Assembly: GCA_002633005.1 (NCBI GenBank)
Contig: NMRA01000320.1
Span: forward strand, 64,720 to 128,719
Direction of reading: 5' to 3'
DNA: 64,000 nucleotides
DNA from: Phoronis australis
Lineage: Eukaryota; Animalia; Phoronida
The notes under the pieces were generated by a model. The model had not been told where the DNA came from. It saw only the letters and a program-made list of their open reading frames with translations, and did no database searches. Positions 26,201 to 43,282 of the stretch are shown here, piece after piece. The translations under genes and the position numbers were made by a program. Position 1 is the first letter of the stretch; each line of letters begins with the position of its first letter.

Positions 26201-29200
26201 CTTGAAAACAGACAAGAAAGTCTGAGAATTTTGCATTACCGGTATAAAAGCCAGCCATTTTAAAACATATTGCAAATGGTTATTACTGCTTCAAAAACAC
26301 GTATTGGTATTTCCAGCAATTCACAACAGAAAGCTGCGTTATGCGGCACGTTTTGAGTAATAAATCACCAGGCGCTGATTCACTTAGACAGTGATGCATT
26401 TTATGCTCACTGCATTATTGTGATTACAAAGCCTTGGATGGAAATGCACCTACAGTCCAATTAATTTGAAATTACTGCTGTAAATAAATAAATCTATAAC
26501 ACAGAGATTGAGTACAAAATTATGATGTTGCTTCCACAACATATCTCACCACAATGGCTCTAGCTAGAACGGGATATCCCCAATGGCTCTAGCTAGAACG
26601 GGATATCCCCAAAAGTTATCAACAAATGATACGATCCAATGAAAACAACAAAATTCACTTGTATTTAAAACTAACAGTTTAGCTTTGTTGGCTTTTGAAC
26701 AGGAACCTCAAGAGCTCTAAGTCCATCTGTGTTTGTATTATCACAACAAGGGAAGCACCACAGACATTAATAACAGTAAATACAGTTACCGATTTCAACA
26801 AGAGAAAAACATACAGTTTATGCTGACAAGGGGAAATATGGCACCCTTGTATCCAACTAATTAGAAAGTGAAACTAAGATAGCCTTTTTGCAACATAAGA
26901 AGCATGGAGGTTTTTTGTCCCACTTTCCTCGAAGTCATGTTGCTAACCTCATAACGTACAATGGGTATTTGCATAAGATTTGTAAGACCTCATGCTGGTT
27001 TTCCAAACACAGGGCTAAAGACCTTGCAGGGATTTTATTAAGTGTCAGCTATCAGACTATGTCCGATATATTTTCAGAATGTCCGACTCGTTTTACTTTA
27101 GTCCAGACATTTGCTCGATTCTTTTCTGGGATTAGTGTGGACAGGATTTGCTCCCATTTTAAGTACCAATAGCACAACCAAAAACATTACCGATCCTTTG
27201 ACAGTTACACTAGGAAAGACTAGATCACAATCTGACCTGCAAATGGCGTGTCAATCAGATGGTGATCAAGTCATGAAGTTTCCAGGAGAAACTCTCATGG
27301 TATAGTTAATGTTTTAAGTGTGCAATTAGGACTTAATAATATTTAATGAACCCTACCAGCACATTAGTTGAAGGTTAATAATCTAAATAACAATTAAAAT
27401 GAATATGTCCCCTAAAAAATGAAGCAAAGTAAGAGCCAGGAATTTAAGCGCCACTCACCATTCTACCCAGGGCTTGGAGTTCTGTATATGCTCGCTGAAT
27501 AAGACTGTCGACTTTCTCTTGGTTTGTCTCTAATTTGTTTTCTTTGAATGCATCCCTGACCCTCCGTAATGCGTATTCCCTGAAAAATGCAGCAACAGTA
27601 ACATACAGACAGAGAAGCACGATAAACACTGGAAAAAAGACAACAGTGAAATGAAGACTCCACCCATTCCTGGTCATCGCTGGTTAGCTGCCCTATGTCC
27701 ACAAGCCAGACTCGATACAGGTTTAGATTTATTTACTTGAGGCTATGTAGGTTTTATACAAATTTGCCCAACTTCACAACGTTGCACCTCAAAATGGCTG
27801 ATCAGATTCACGTAAAAGTTTCACATATTATGCTTTAAGAACCGTTCTCCAAAAGGCTGTTAGAAATTGTGTTTAAAGTGAGGCCACATTTGCATCATGG
27901 GCACTTCAAGAATAGGTCTCTCATTATTCATGAAAAAATCTAAACGAATTGTTTAGCAAAAATTATGGAGTTTTTGAGATTTCATCTTGAACATCAAACC
28001 AAATCATGCTGGTGCATCACACCAAAGTTAGTCAATTTTGCCAAATTTTAGTATGGTGAAGATATGATCACTTTTAGATTAAATAAGAGATTGCTAGAAG
28101 AATAAAGTGGAAATCAAATCAGGCTTCTGTTTATAGAAATTATGTTCTTTTGGAGAGTTAAATTCTGTAGATCTATATGGCCGAATGCACAGCCTTGTTG
28201 ATAAGGTCTTACATAAACTCAACAACCTGCTTCATACAGTAATGCACAACTCAACACATATCTATGAAAGCATGGAGCTGCAGCCACTCAATGGTTTTAT
28301 TGCTCCATTACCAGTGGCACATCTAATAACCTACCATGCAGGCATTTATACAAGTTTATGTGTTTTCTGAGGTGAGCAATTCTCTGTATAGAATATATTT
28401 TACAATCGTTGTGTATTCGGAGAACTCTTTGTGAACCACCACCACGACTTTAGCTTAATACCAGAATTTCATTGCCAGTATGACACTAAAAAGAGCAAAT
28501 TCGACACAAAACATCTTTTGCTACTTACAACAATAATATAAAAATGCATTGGAATGACATTCATGCTAAATTTTTTAGTAAACTGTTGCCATTTAATAAA
28601 TTGGTATATGGTCATTTTGGGAACATGAAGAATTTAATATTTGATGCCCACGCAGGGTATGCATGATGTTCAGCTAAGTTGCAATTTGAATAATGTACAA
28701 TACTGACCTTTTCGTGAATAGATGAAGATTTGCACATGCCCAGAGGGAGACTTATGAGATCCAGTGCTTGAGTCTGCATGTTGAGCATTTATTTAGTACA
28801 TGTCTATTTTTAAGACGGCTTTAATGAATTTTAAGGTGCAAACGCATAAAATTTCACCCCTTCGGCTACCTTCTGTCATTTTTGCACCTAACTATATTAC
28901 ATGTTCATGAAAACTGCATGAAATTTGGCTATCAAACCTAATCAGCTGCTGGAAAACCAAGCATTGTTTGTTTTGAGTGTTGTATTTAGGATATAAAGTC
29001 ATAGGCATGTGTTCTTACACACTTAAAAGTCACTCCAAGTTTTAATCAAAGCGGATGCAAACCTGCGTTCCAAACTTCCATCCAAGAAGCGAACTTTTGA
29101 TTTAGATCCCCTAATGTTATAAAATTGGTCTCCACTTCCTCCTTGTATATCAGATGAAAAGCGATTTGTTTGTTTGTGAAGAACAGACAGTTTGTTTGTT

Positions 29201-32200
29201 CCTAGAGCCCATGCTCGCAGCGTAAAGTAACATGCCATGATAAGCCAACTTGCAGAGCCTCGTCTCAAGCACTAAGAAACTGAAATCACCTCCAATTTCA
29301 TCACGGAACAATTTGAGACCAATTTCGTAACAGTAAGTGGGCTAAATCAAAGTTGGTTTTGTGATGAAAGGTGGGTTTATAGCCAGTAATTGGTCATTAA
29401 GCTGAAGAACTCGACTAATAATTTCCTTTTTACTACTGCATAACAATTGCTCTATTCATTGTGCAGAATGGCAGAAATTATTAATTTTGTTGACATGGGC
29501 TGAGCAGAAAATGTTATGAGGGTAAACAGAGAGATTTACGGAGAACAGCTTAATTTGCTTTTGTCAAATAACTCAACACAAAAACTATACTTCGCAATCA
29601 GCACAGGTTGTATTAATGTTACCAGCCAACAAATACAGTGAAATTCTGAGCAGTATTAGCTTTTCTATTGTCTTTGGTGTCCACCTAAATCAATATCATG
29701 TAACATTGCTTTCAGCTTTTCTATTGTCTTAGGGGACAACCTTAATCAATACCTGGAAACCCTGCCAAGAAAAAGAACAACTTCAGGTTTTATAAAAAAT
29801 ATCGCAAGTCTACAAACAGCTATTAAACACTGTATATCATTATACAGCATACAAGCCTGTTTTTTATAAATTCGAGTTTTTCTTTTTCAGTTAACTTTTT
29901 AGCTTGCCAAAGTGAACATGCTTTCATGCAAGTGCTGCCTCCTTTTGGTCATAAATTAGAGTACATGCCAAAGTAATGAGGCCAAACAACATGTCATTAC
30001 AGGTATTCTGATGATGAATTCCGCTGACACTGCCATCATGACAGGGAATCCCGTATCATTTTGTGTGATTATTTTTGGCGTGCACTACATAGCATACAAT
30101 AAAGCTAACTAACCAAAAATAAATTAATGTATACAGTAATTCTAAATCAAGGTGCATGGCTAATGTATTGGGTTGAATTCCGAAGACACCAAGACATCAC
30201 TTGTACAAATCTAGGCTTATGGAACGGAAAAAGTGAATTGTAACCCATAATTTATGAATTCATTCCAATAATTCAACATTCCAGTTCCAACTACTAATAG
30301 GTGGTGACACATCGAAATATGCCATGTATGCCGGAAGATTTTCAAGGTATTACGCTTCACCCTGGCTAAAGCACCACAACATGTGACAAATACCTTCAGG
30401 AGTAGAGAGACACCTTTGGAGACTTGGTCAAATACTTCACCAATCAAATGAATGGTCCTAAACATAGGGAAGCTAGCTATAAATACGCTAGGCAATTACA
30501 CCTCTGATGTACACAAGCAATAGTATATACCACAAAAATTACTCGCATCAAAATGCAGTGAATACCATCGAATGAAGCTAACACATATCTGCAGTGAGTT
30601 ATAATTAACACATACCATGACTATGGAGACAATTTAGTCAACATAATTTGAACATTTCCATGAAAAAACTTGTCAAGGTTCACACGAGCCTCCTTAGCAT
30701 GAAATCGTGCCAGTTCATGAATAAAAAGTACAAGGAACACAAATCTTACAAATTCCACCAGATATCTTCCTATGCAAATGTCAGACACCAGGTCATGCAC
30801 TCTGCCAAGTCTCTTGTTGTGGTCAAACTCGCGTTATGTCAATTGGAATACTTTGTGGTTATCGTGTGCAGTATACAAATTAACGGTGACAAAAAACTAG
30901 ACAAAAAATTCTTCGCCAAAGTCATCTCAATTGATGTAGACATGCTTCATCCAGGATATATAAAGCACCAGAAAGGATCGCTGAAGAAAGTAAGCACGTT
31001 TTAAGAGACAATTTTAAATGCAAAATGTATTTTTGACGACGTGAAAGCCTCTTGCCAGATTTGGACAGCTGTTCTTTTAAAATACATAGGGATGAAACAT
31101 GAAATTAGTACAGAGACCGATGATGAGTGCTGTAGCCTCGGCTCTAGTATAGATAGGGGTGTTGCAGCTCAAACTGATGCCTGTGCCAAACTGAAGATAT
31201 AATTGCAAGTTCGCAAAATACTGCCAGTGTTTTATGGGTTTTTAATGGTTATCAGAACTGAACCTGATGACAATGAGCGCTCACGTATGCAGGTCATAAG
31301 GATTAATCACCAACCCGCACTCATCGTTATCATTTTTGGTTTTGATAACGTATAAAAAAACATAAACCACTGCCAGGAATTTGAAAACTTGTACTACCTT
31401 CAGTTTGGTGCAGGCATCACTTTGGCTCACCTGTCCGCGTCAAATTGAAGTGCACTAAATCAGTTTGGCAGTTATCCTGGAAAAAGTGGAGTGAACGGGT
31501 CCTTCTTCAAAATGGTGTTGTAACCGTCAACGCGTTTTGTCCTTGATCTTTCTGAGGTGTCTTATGATTTGTCAGTTTTATGGTTCCCAGATGCTAGTTT
31601 TATTTATGATGCTGTCAAGAGGCTGCTGGCAGTCTTTCAGTGAGCAATCAGGTTGTCAGGGACAAGCACCTTGACTGGGTTTTAGTCAACCTTGGGTAGT
31701 TGCATTTCAGCATGTGAGTACTTCTAGAAGCCCTATTAGCTATTGAACTCGTAGGAATACAATGTTGTACATATGCATCCGAAACTATATGATCTTGTGT
31801 TAGCCACTCGCCATAATGGGCAAAAAAGGCTTTCAATCACTTAGTATTAGTTAGCTTGACCAGTTTCAACTAGTTTTGCAGAAGCATTTTAACTAACGTT
31901 CATCACGAATTCATGAAAAACTCGCAAAATGGAAAACCATTTGAAAAAATAATTGCCAGTTGAAATAATAACATGTTAGCATTAGTTGAATGGTTAGCAG
32001 GCTCGCTGGTTTTATGGGGGTTGCTAGGGTACTGGTCGGATATACCGGTAGTGTCGTTACCACTGAAGCTTACAGGTATGTGACTTTTGACCTTTTGGGT
32101 CAGGTCTGTTATGATTGTTGGTTCTTACGTGAACCCCACTTGTGGATAATTGATCTGTTGTTTTGGCCAATCAGGGCCTGCTGGAGATATTCAGGTGGTT

Positions 32201-33544
32201 TGCTGAGACCTTGTGTTTGGTCTCTTTCATTCTAGTTGCATTAAAATCAGAAAGACGTGTTTTGGGGATTAAGCGTTCATTTAGAGTTTAGAGTGGAATT
32301 TTGAGAACTTTGGAGTGTTAGAGTTTAGTGTATTTTTAGTAAGAATAGTTTAGGGAGTCTTGAAGAGTCCAGTATTGACAAGTTCCGTCACCGAAGAAGT
32401 ATTGTAAAGCCCGGTTCATACCAGGAATTCCAGAAGTTAGGACAAGTCATTTCAAATCCAGTCATCTTATTTATAGTCGGTTAGTCAAAAAACGAGAAAA
32501 CATTAGTCATAGGCTAATACACCGACAAATAAATACATAAGTTATAAAAATAAATAAATAAAATAAATAAATAAATATATATGTGTGTGTGAAATTAAAA
32601 ACAAAATTTAAAATACTATATACAAGGTTAACAAATTTGAGCAATTAGCACCATTATGTCTGATTCATAAAATCACAGATGTACTACACTTACAGGGAGG
32701 CTCATGCAGTCCATGCGTTTACATGCTGTATAAAAATTTTTAAATGTAGGCACGATCTCGCCTCCTCTGATAATGAATTCCTCAAATTAGAGCCATAGGC
32801 TCTGAGAGGTAGTAGACCATACCGAGTAGTTGTGCATTGAGGAATGTTTGTCCTATAGGATGATCTCAAGTTATATGGGGTCCTGAGAATTGTAAGAAGG
32901 TCCAACAGAAATGGGGTGACAAGTGGTTCAAAATTTTGAAAGCATCTTTCAGAATCATTCTCTATCTACCAGCTCAAGAGTAGGCAGATTAGCTCTGGAG
33001 AACCACTTGGTTGACCAGAGCGCAGCAAGTACTCGTTACCCATAAAGCCAGCTCGGGGAGGTTCACCACAATAGCATTCCCAGATTTCGAGGACCATGCA
33101 TGCAGGCAATCTGAAACTGCATGGTTCTCACTATCAGCTGGGACCACTATATCTGATTTCCGGGTCAGGTAATCTCGACTATTACACTGAATGACGGACA
33201 TTGCCGTTGTTCAGTGAAAACTGGTTCCCCACAGCCAGTTTCAAGAGGGACCCGTTTACTCCACTTCTACTAAAATCACTACCATTAGTTTGGGCTGCAA
33301 CAACGCTCTCACTCTCAGTCTCAGCACTCGACAACAGGCAGGGTCCCACACTCAAGACTGGTAGACACCACGGATTGTCCGGATCTCAAAATCAGAGATC
33401 GGTACATTTAACTACAGAGCCAAATAGACACACGAGTATTTTGAATAACTTATTAGCGCACCTGTAATTGTAACCAGTGAACTGTTGTCCTTCTCGTAAC
33501 ATGCGTTTGTAGAGGGATAGAACATGCAACCTTCCGGAAGCCAT
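20294..33544 (-). CDS. LYRM4: LYR motif-containing protein 4 (ISD11, Fe-S cluster/NFS1 partner), 3 coding exons, 87 aa
   Basis: Exons: 33544-33462 (MASGRLHVLSLYKRMLREGQQFTGYNY), 27579-27459 (REYALRRVRDAFKENKLETNQEKVDSLIQRAYTELQALGRM) and 20353-20294 (TSLSHLYKDPPLVIEKSDS*). All introns GT-AG; 83+121+60=264 nt in frame. AATAAA on the minus strand at 20089-20094 and 20009-20014. Confidence 0.93.
21565..22090 (-). mobile_element. Penelope-like retroelement fragment (GIY-YIG endonuclease C-terminus) with inverted pseudo-LTR
   Basis: KSALTDHALGCYHVINWEDARPVESESNLRSRWIRESV..MNRDDEGYNL on minus. 21565-21710 is repeated in inverted orientation at ~21942-22088. Confidence 0.8.
22981..24787. mobile_element. 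Internally deleted Kolobok-type DNA transposon
   Basis: TTAA on both flanks (22977-22980, 24788-24791). TIRs AGAGGAAATTGCAAGGTCCAA / AGTGTAATTTGCAAGGTCCAA (18/21, RR termini). Contains a degenerate THAP gene on minus and an acidic ORF start on plus. Confidence 0.8.
23504..24518 (-). pseudogene. Degenerate THAP zinc-finger transposase N-terminus inside the Kolobok element
   Basis: 24518-24273 reads MMHRCVCANYFNTTQVEGVSPFKL*KDKHLAA*WHVFVCSAR..(frameshift)..EICSDHFEDGCFD. Donor AAG|GTAAGG at 24273; acceptor at 23828, followed by RLEIDAPP (AVPT-box-like). Confidence 0.7.
24792..24906. mobile_element. Small TTAA-flanked MITE abutting the Kolobok right end
   Basis: GTCTGGTCTGCACGCCAC ... GTGGCATGCAGACCAGAT, with TTAA on both sides. 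Confidence 0.55.
25218..25463. repeat. 26-bp minisatellite, ~9 copies, preceded by a 35-bp duplication (25101-25175)
   Basis: Unit CATCTGAGTAGGGAACAGGCCAAGAC, contiguous with no spacers. Confidence 0.95.
27740..28220. mobile_element. Family B TIR element, second copy (LYRM4 intron 1)
   Basis: Shares TTCTCCAAAA..TAGAAATTGT, AAAAATCTAAA, TTTTTGAGATTT.ATCTTGAACAT and ATAAGGTC.T.CATAA with 10930-11462. Confidence 0.55.
31175..31419. mobile_element. Palindromic MITE
   Basis: TGATGCCTGTGCCAAACTGAAG ... CTTCAGTTTGGTGCAGGCATCA, with further imperfect inner arms. Confidence 0.55.
32540..32940 (-). mobile_element. 3' end of a CR1/L2-group LINE ORF2 with simple-repeat tail
   Basis: YNLRSSYRTNIPQCTTTRYGLLPLRAYGSNLRNSLSEEARSCLHLKIFIQHVNAW resembles LINE ORF2 C-termini. 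Adjacent (TAAA)n tract at ~32545-32575. Confidence 0.6.
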
Positions 33545-33780
33545 TTTGTTATTTTACCTTCTGTTACGAAAAACTTCCACACCTCGGGCTGAGCTGTGAA
33601 ACGTGAGTTGAGGAAAACCATGCATAGTTAACAGTTAAAGCTTTGAATTTTGTTTAGTTTTTGAAGTTATTTTAACTTTTAACTTCGTTAATTAAAATTA
33701 TGAAACGTCACAACTACTGTAAAGGTTCACTCTGCGAGAAATGGCAGACACTAGTTGGTCAACAAACGGTAGCCTACACC
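33545..33780. promoter_or_regulatory. Bidirectional promoter / first-exon region of LYRM4 and FARS2
   Basis: The LYRM4 ATG (33544, minus) lies ~200 bp from a plus-strand AAATGGC (33739-33745) that is followed by donors at 33769 and 33781. ETS-type palindrome CTTCCGGAAG at 33531-33540, and a YY1-like AAAATGGC overlapping the LYRM4 start. Confidence 0.6.
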
Positions 33781-33792
33781 GTGAGCCTTGTT

Positions 33793-33850
33793 TAGGCAAT
33801 GACCATCGCCTCTGTTGCTTCGGGCCAACAGAGGCGATGGTCATTGCCTA
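33793..33850. other. Perfect 25-bp-stem hairpin insertion
   Basis: TAGGCAATGACCATCGCCTCTGTTG-cttcgggc-CAACAGAGGCGATGGTCATTGCCTA, flanked by GAGCCTTGT direct repeats. Confidence 0.9.
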
Positions 33851-35884
33851 GAGCCTTGTGTGTTGTGTTAGGCAGGCCTACAATTAGTCAGTGTGTCTGT
33901 GACCATGGTACTATGGTAGGACCAATCGTGGGGTCCGTTCCCGGAAACTGTCTTTTTACGGTCATTTTTGGTAATCGTTTACATATCTCATTTTTGAGTC
34001 AAAGATTTGTCTCAACTTCCAAACATTGAAACTTCTACATCTGGTTAGTTAGTAAAAATTAAGTCCAAAGCCACGGCAGACAAAACTTTCAAGGGATACT
34101 AAACTACGTTTTGATGATTTAAGCTCATCTCAGGTTGGCTGTTCGGTCTGTGTTAGTGGGTTATTATCATTATCAGGGATTATGGCTATCTGACCATTTT
34201 GGTCGTCCCTAAGGCTTTAATTAATTTTGGCTTTGTACTTGTAGCGGTGATGTTATGTGAGGCGTTGCATGTTTTTCTGTGTTGTACGTGAATGGCTACC
34301 GGTGTCGACCTGACGGATAGATGCTCAGTTGTTTTGTTTTGAAGTTCTAATATTGAAACTGAAAACTCAGAAATGGGAGAAAAAAGAGGTGAATAGCTTA
34401 AAAATACATTCAAATTCATTATTGCCTTTGTAAATTACAAGCAGTGATGATGGAAAATAATTTATAGAAAACTATTGAACAACTCAGACTTTTAGTAAAA
34501 ACCAGGAGACTTGCAATACGTAACTCATTGTGATTGAAAACTTGAGGCTGGAGCGGGTTTCAGGCCCCAGAGAGTTTGCCAAAACTCCTAGTGCGCGGCT
34601 TTGTATAGACCAACAGAATACACGTGAGGACGAGTCTAAACATGGGTGACGTAATGGAACACCCCTATAAGTAAAGTCTAGGACCAATGTATATTACTCC
34701 CAGGTGGAGTCAACTAAGAATGTGGCGCGAAACTGTAACTCTATAATTCACAAAGGGAGAGCGTGCCCGTTACAGTACTCTATGATTTGTCTGGTTAAAA
34801 CGATCCAGTTTTTTATTGAAATAAATTCAGAAAATATGGCTTTGCAGGGATATTGAAGCATACTAAAAGATGATGTCTACGAAAAACTGTTCTAGAACAC
34901 ATAATTGGTCTCTCTTATTATCAGTTATGTCGGGGGGGGGGGAGCTTGGAAAATATTCTAATTTCCCAGCATCCTTCCGTCCTTAAAATAATTTAAGTCG
35001 AGTGTTGTCGGGCTTGTCTGGCAACTCTAAGATTGCCTGGCTTGATAGAAAGGAGGTCAATCTTGCACTGCATTCTCCTTTGGGAAAGTGAAGATTGGAA
35101 TATTGCATGTGTGGCCATTCTACACAATGTGGAGCATATGCAGCTGATTCCACGATACCGTGCTGTACTTTGTTGATAAGATTTTTACTGTACAATAATG
35201 GTTAGGAGCTTAGCACAAAGAGCCCACAATATAACAAACATTTAGTGTATGTGATATTGTTCAATAGATTGTTATGAATGTTTCACAATAGCTGATTTTC
35301 GAAATAGCTGTGCCGCATCAAAATGCACTAACCTGGCAGGAGGCGATAGGTCTTTGGTGAATAGGCATTCTATGCCACCTGCAAATCCCATGTAATTCTT
35401 ACAGTAGGTTTCAACCCATTGGCATAAACAATGTTTTAACACCTTTCCTACAAACATAATGCCGGGAGATTTCCACTGCTGTGCGGTGGGGTGTACTAAT
35501 GACTTACGGGAAAAAGGCAAACCTCTTGAAGTATCCATGGATGAAGGAGATCATGTTCCATACATTTCCAGTGTGATGAAGAATTGAGGGTACAAAGTCA
35601 GCGTGAGAACTTCAATCTCGGCCGATGTTAAAAAGCGTTAATGAATTAATTTAAAGTAAACTTGTCCTAATCAAACAGTCGGAAGTGATTTCTGGGATAC
35701 CACATTGTAGACCCTCGTGTTGAACAATAGTGATCTCCCAGTTCTTTCGAAGCCTTGACATCGACACAAATTTGACCAACAATTTGAGACCAATTTATAT
35801 TGGGAAGTGGTCTAAATCAAAAGTTGGCTTTTGTGATGAAGGGCAGGTTTCTTACCGCTTTAATGTTTTTCAGGGTTTCACAGC

Positions 35885-40832
<4,948 letters not shown>

Positions 40833-42876
40833 TGCTTTTTCATCCCAGATCAATTCACTAGCTTGTATAATTATGCATCCACTTCAAAAATGGCTCGTGA
40901 TTTTTGAATGAGCCTGTCTGAAAGAAATCTGATTGATAGTGCACAAAAGGTATTTAAAGGGACACTGTATTGATGATTTTTTGCCAGGGCAAGACATAGT
41001 TTGCACAAAATCGTCTGGTGTTCTGTGTTATATGGCACTGTCCTCATTTCCAGCTAGGGATGGTAAGCATTGTCTATTATTATTAGTTTTGTGACAAGGT
41101 AATTGATATTTTTGCCTGTCAACAGTTTGAAGTGTGGCCCGAGGACACAATGAGGTAATATGTATCATTGGAAATTTGGGCACATGTTATTACTTGCCCA
41201 AAATGGTGACTCACTCTGTAAGTTAATCCAGTTCACCGGTGCTAACAATTCTTTACTGTGTGCAAGAGAACTAATAATAATTTAGTTTGATGTACACAGT
41301 TGGTATTGGTCAATCCATTGATAAATTTTCTTTGTTTGTAATGAAACTATGATGTGAACTGATTCCTCTGTTGGTTCTCAGGTTTGTGCTGATATGGTAA
41401 TTAGTATGAATAGTTAAGAAGGATTAATCCGATTCTTTACCGCAACTATATCTTGAATAAACTCACGTTGATCTGATTAAGACATTCTGTAATTCTGAGC
41501 AGGACTACTGTGGTACTGACTCTTGTGGTCACTTCATGTTACAGTCCATTGTCTTACAAAATCTCATGATGAAAAAGAAAAATAGTCAAACCTTGTTACA
41601 TCACACATCAAGCGATCTTCGGAATTTATACGTTATAACGCGAGTGCATTGTAACGAGGGTAAACTTTTCATAGATCATTTAGGTTTTGGAAGACTTAAC
41701 ATATATACCCTCTCGCCACAGGCCTTCATGAACATTATTTTTTGTGTTATACAGTTGGTATATGTTAGGTTTCATGCCGTGACGTCATACATACTCATTA
41801 TATCTAGTCTATACTGACACCGCGTTTATGAAGCATCTGTCTGTTGTCATGGCGCATTACCAATCAAAGCACATCACCGGCTTGCAATTTTCTGCAGTCA
41901 ACGTGACATACTGACCCGCTGTGGTGTCTTTTTAAAAAACGATAGGGCTGCGTAGTTCATCATACTACTTTTACACACAATTCACAAAGCGATAGTGTAT
42001 ATTTAGTTGTGACGTAGACGCATGTACACGTACATGTTCTTTGGACTGTGGGGTCACAAAGCAGGCTGCTGTCCATTGTATTAAAAGCTGATGGTCACAA
42101 GGGACAAGAAATTCTGAATATTATATCGATATAAGGGTGTTTGTTAAGGATTGTGACTCGCACTGAAATACGTTACATTAAATCTGGAACTTGGATGTAT
42201 GTACATTATGTCAATTTCTATGTTCTTAACGGTGTATGTTGTAACAAGGGTTATACACAAGATTTTGTATTCCTAAATTCTTTCACTGCCTCTCATGCAT
42301 TTTGGTGAGTTACCCGATCACTGCCTAACACACTGGTAGGCAAGTTTGGTACTTTCTGCATTCTTGGACCTGTTAGTCCTCATTTCTGGGAGTAAGTTCA
42401 GTTTGACATTGGGAGGCGACAGAAGACAGTTTTACCAAATTGGAAACGAGTCAGGTTGATAGATTATTTTTTGTTTTTAAAATTTCAGTCAGCCATTTAT
42501 CTGTTGAATTGTGATGGTAATGAACTATCCCTAGTGTAGGTCTAATTGACTACAATTCAGGATATGAGTTTGAAATATCAGACGAGGTATGTATCAGGAC
42601 CAGTGACGTAAGAATTTCAACCAAATCCTTTCATTTACCATTATTAGTGATCTTTCACCCGAAATTTTGAATAATCTACTGGGCGGATATATCCTTTAAC
42701 TCGTCTTGATTTTAGAATATCATGTAAAAATGTATGCTTCTTACCTTGAAAGTTTCATGACATTCTACCAACTTCTAAGTTTTAGTGACAGTACTTTGTA
42801 TTGTATGTGTCCTTAAAATTACTCGACTCTAGGAAAAGTAGTGCGAAAAAAAAAATGAGTTGCTAGACATAGTATC

Positions 42877-43123
42877 GGGGCTTGGAATATTTCTCTGTCA
42901 AGAGGATTTCCTCTTTTTAGTTTCGATTTCCTCTTTTTAGTTTCGATTTCCTCTTTTTAGTTTCGATTTCCTTTTCGTCTTTTTTTATCATTATTTTGAC
43001 TTTATTCCAACAAAAACGTTTCAGTTAAATTTTTTTCACTCAAAAAATATGTCACACAAGCCTATTTGTGGAATGATACACCTGGAAAATTTTCCTTTTT
43101 ATCATCGGTCAATCCATGCCCTG
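42877..43123. mobile_element. hAT-like MITE family A, copy 2
   Basis: GGGGCTTGGA...TCCATGCCCTG; same internal blocks as 5724-5965, plus an internal 20-bp triplication (GATTTCCTCTTTTTAGTTTC). Confidence 0.65.
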
Positions 43124-43276
43124 CTAGTGCTACAGTAGCATTGTCCAAAAATGCACTCGATGACCTTTTCGCTGGCCAAAACTTGAGGAAAAGTAGTTCT
43201 TTTTCCTTTCTTGATCAATAAATAATTTTGTAGTACAAGAATGTAAGAGTTCAAGAGAAAATTACTGTACAAAAGT

Positions 43277-43282
43277 TTTATT
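43277..43282 (-). terminator. Putative poly(A) signal of the cadherin gene
   Basis: AATAAA on the minus strand ~1.6 kb after the stop, at the end of a U-rich 3'UTR-like tract. Confidence 0.55.

Noticed and set aside
27660-27702. VDIGQL peptide resembling LYRM4 exon 3 (similar VEIGQL at ~3965-3983)
   Set aside because: No AG acceptor and wrong position. The proper exon 3 (TSLSHLYKDPPLVIE) is at 20353-20294, so PPP1R3 is not nested in LYRM4.
30200-31050. ORFs of 92-118 aa in LYRM4 intron 1
   Set aside because: No recognisable domain and no coherent splice structure; possibly decayed TE or pseudogene sequence.
32960-33360. Possible Gypsy pol remnant (KSDIVVPADSE)
   Set aside because: Resemblance too weak to support without a database search.
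34983-35538. Minus-strand ORFs in FARS2 intron 1
   Set aside because: Short with no clear family motif; at most a degraded transposon fragment.
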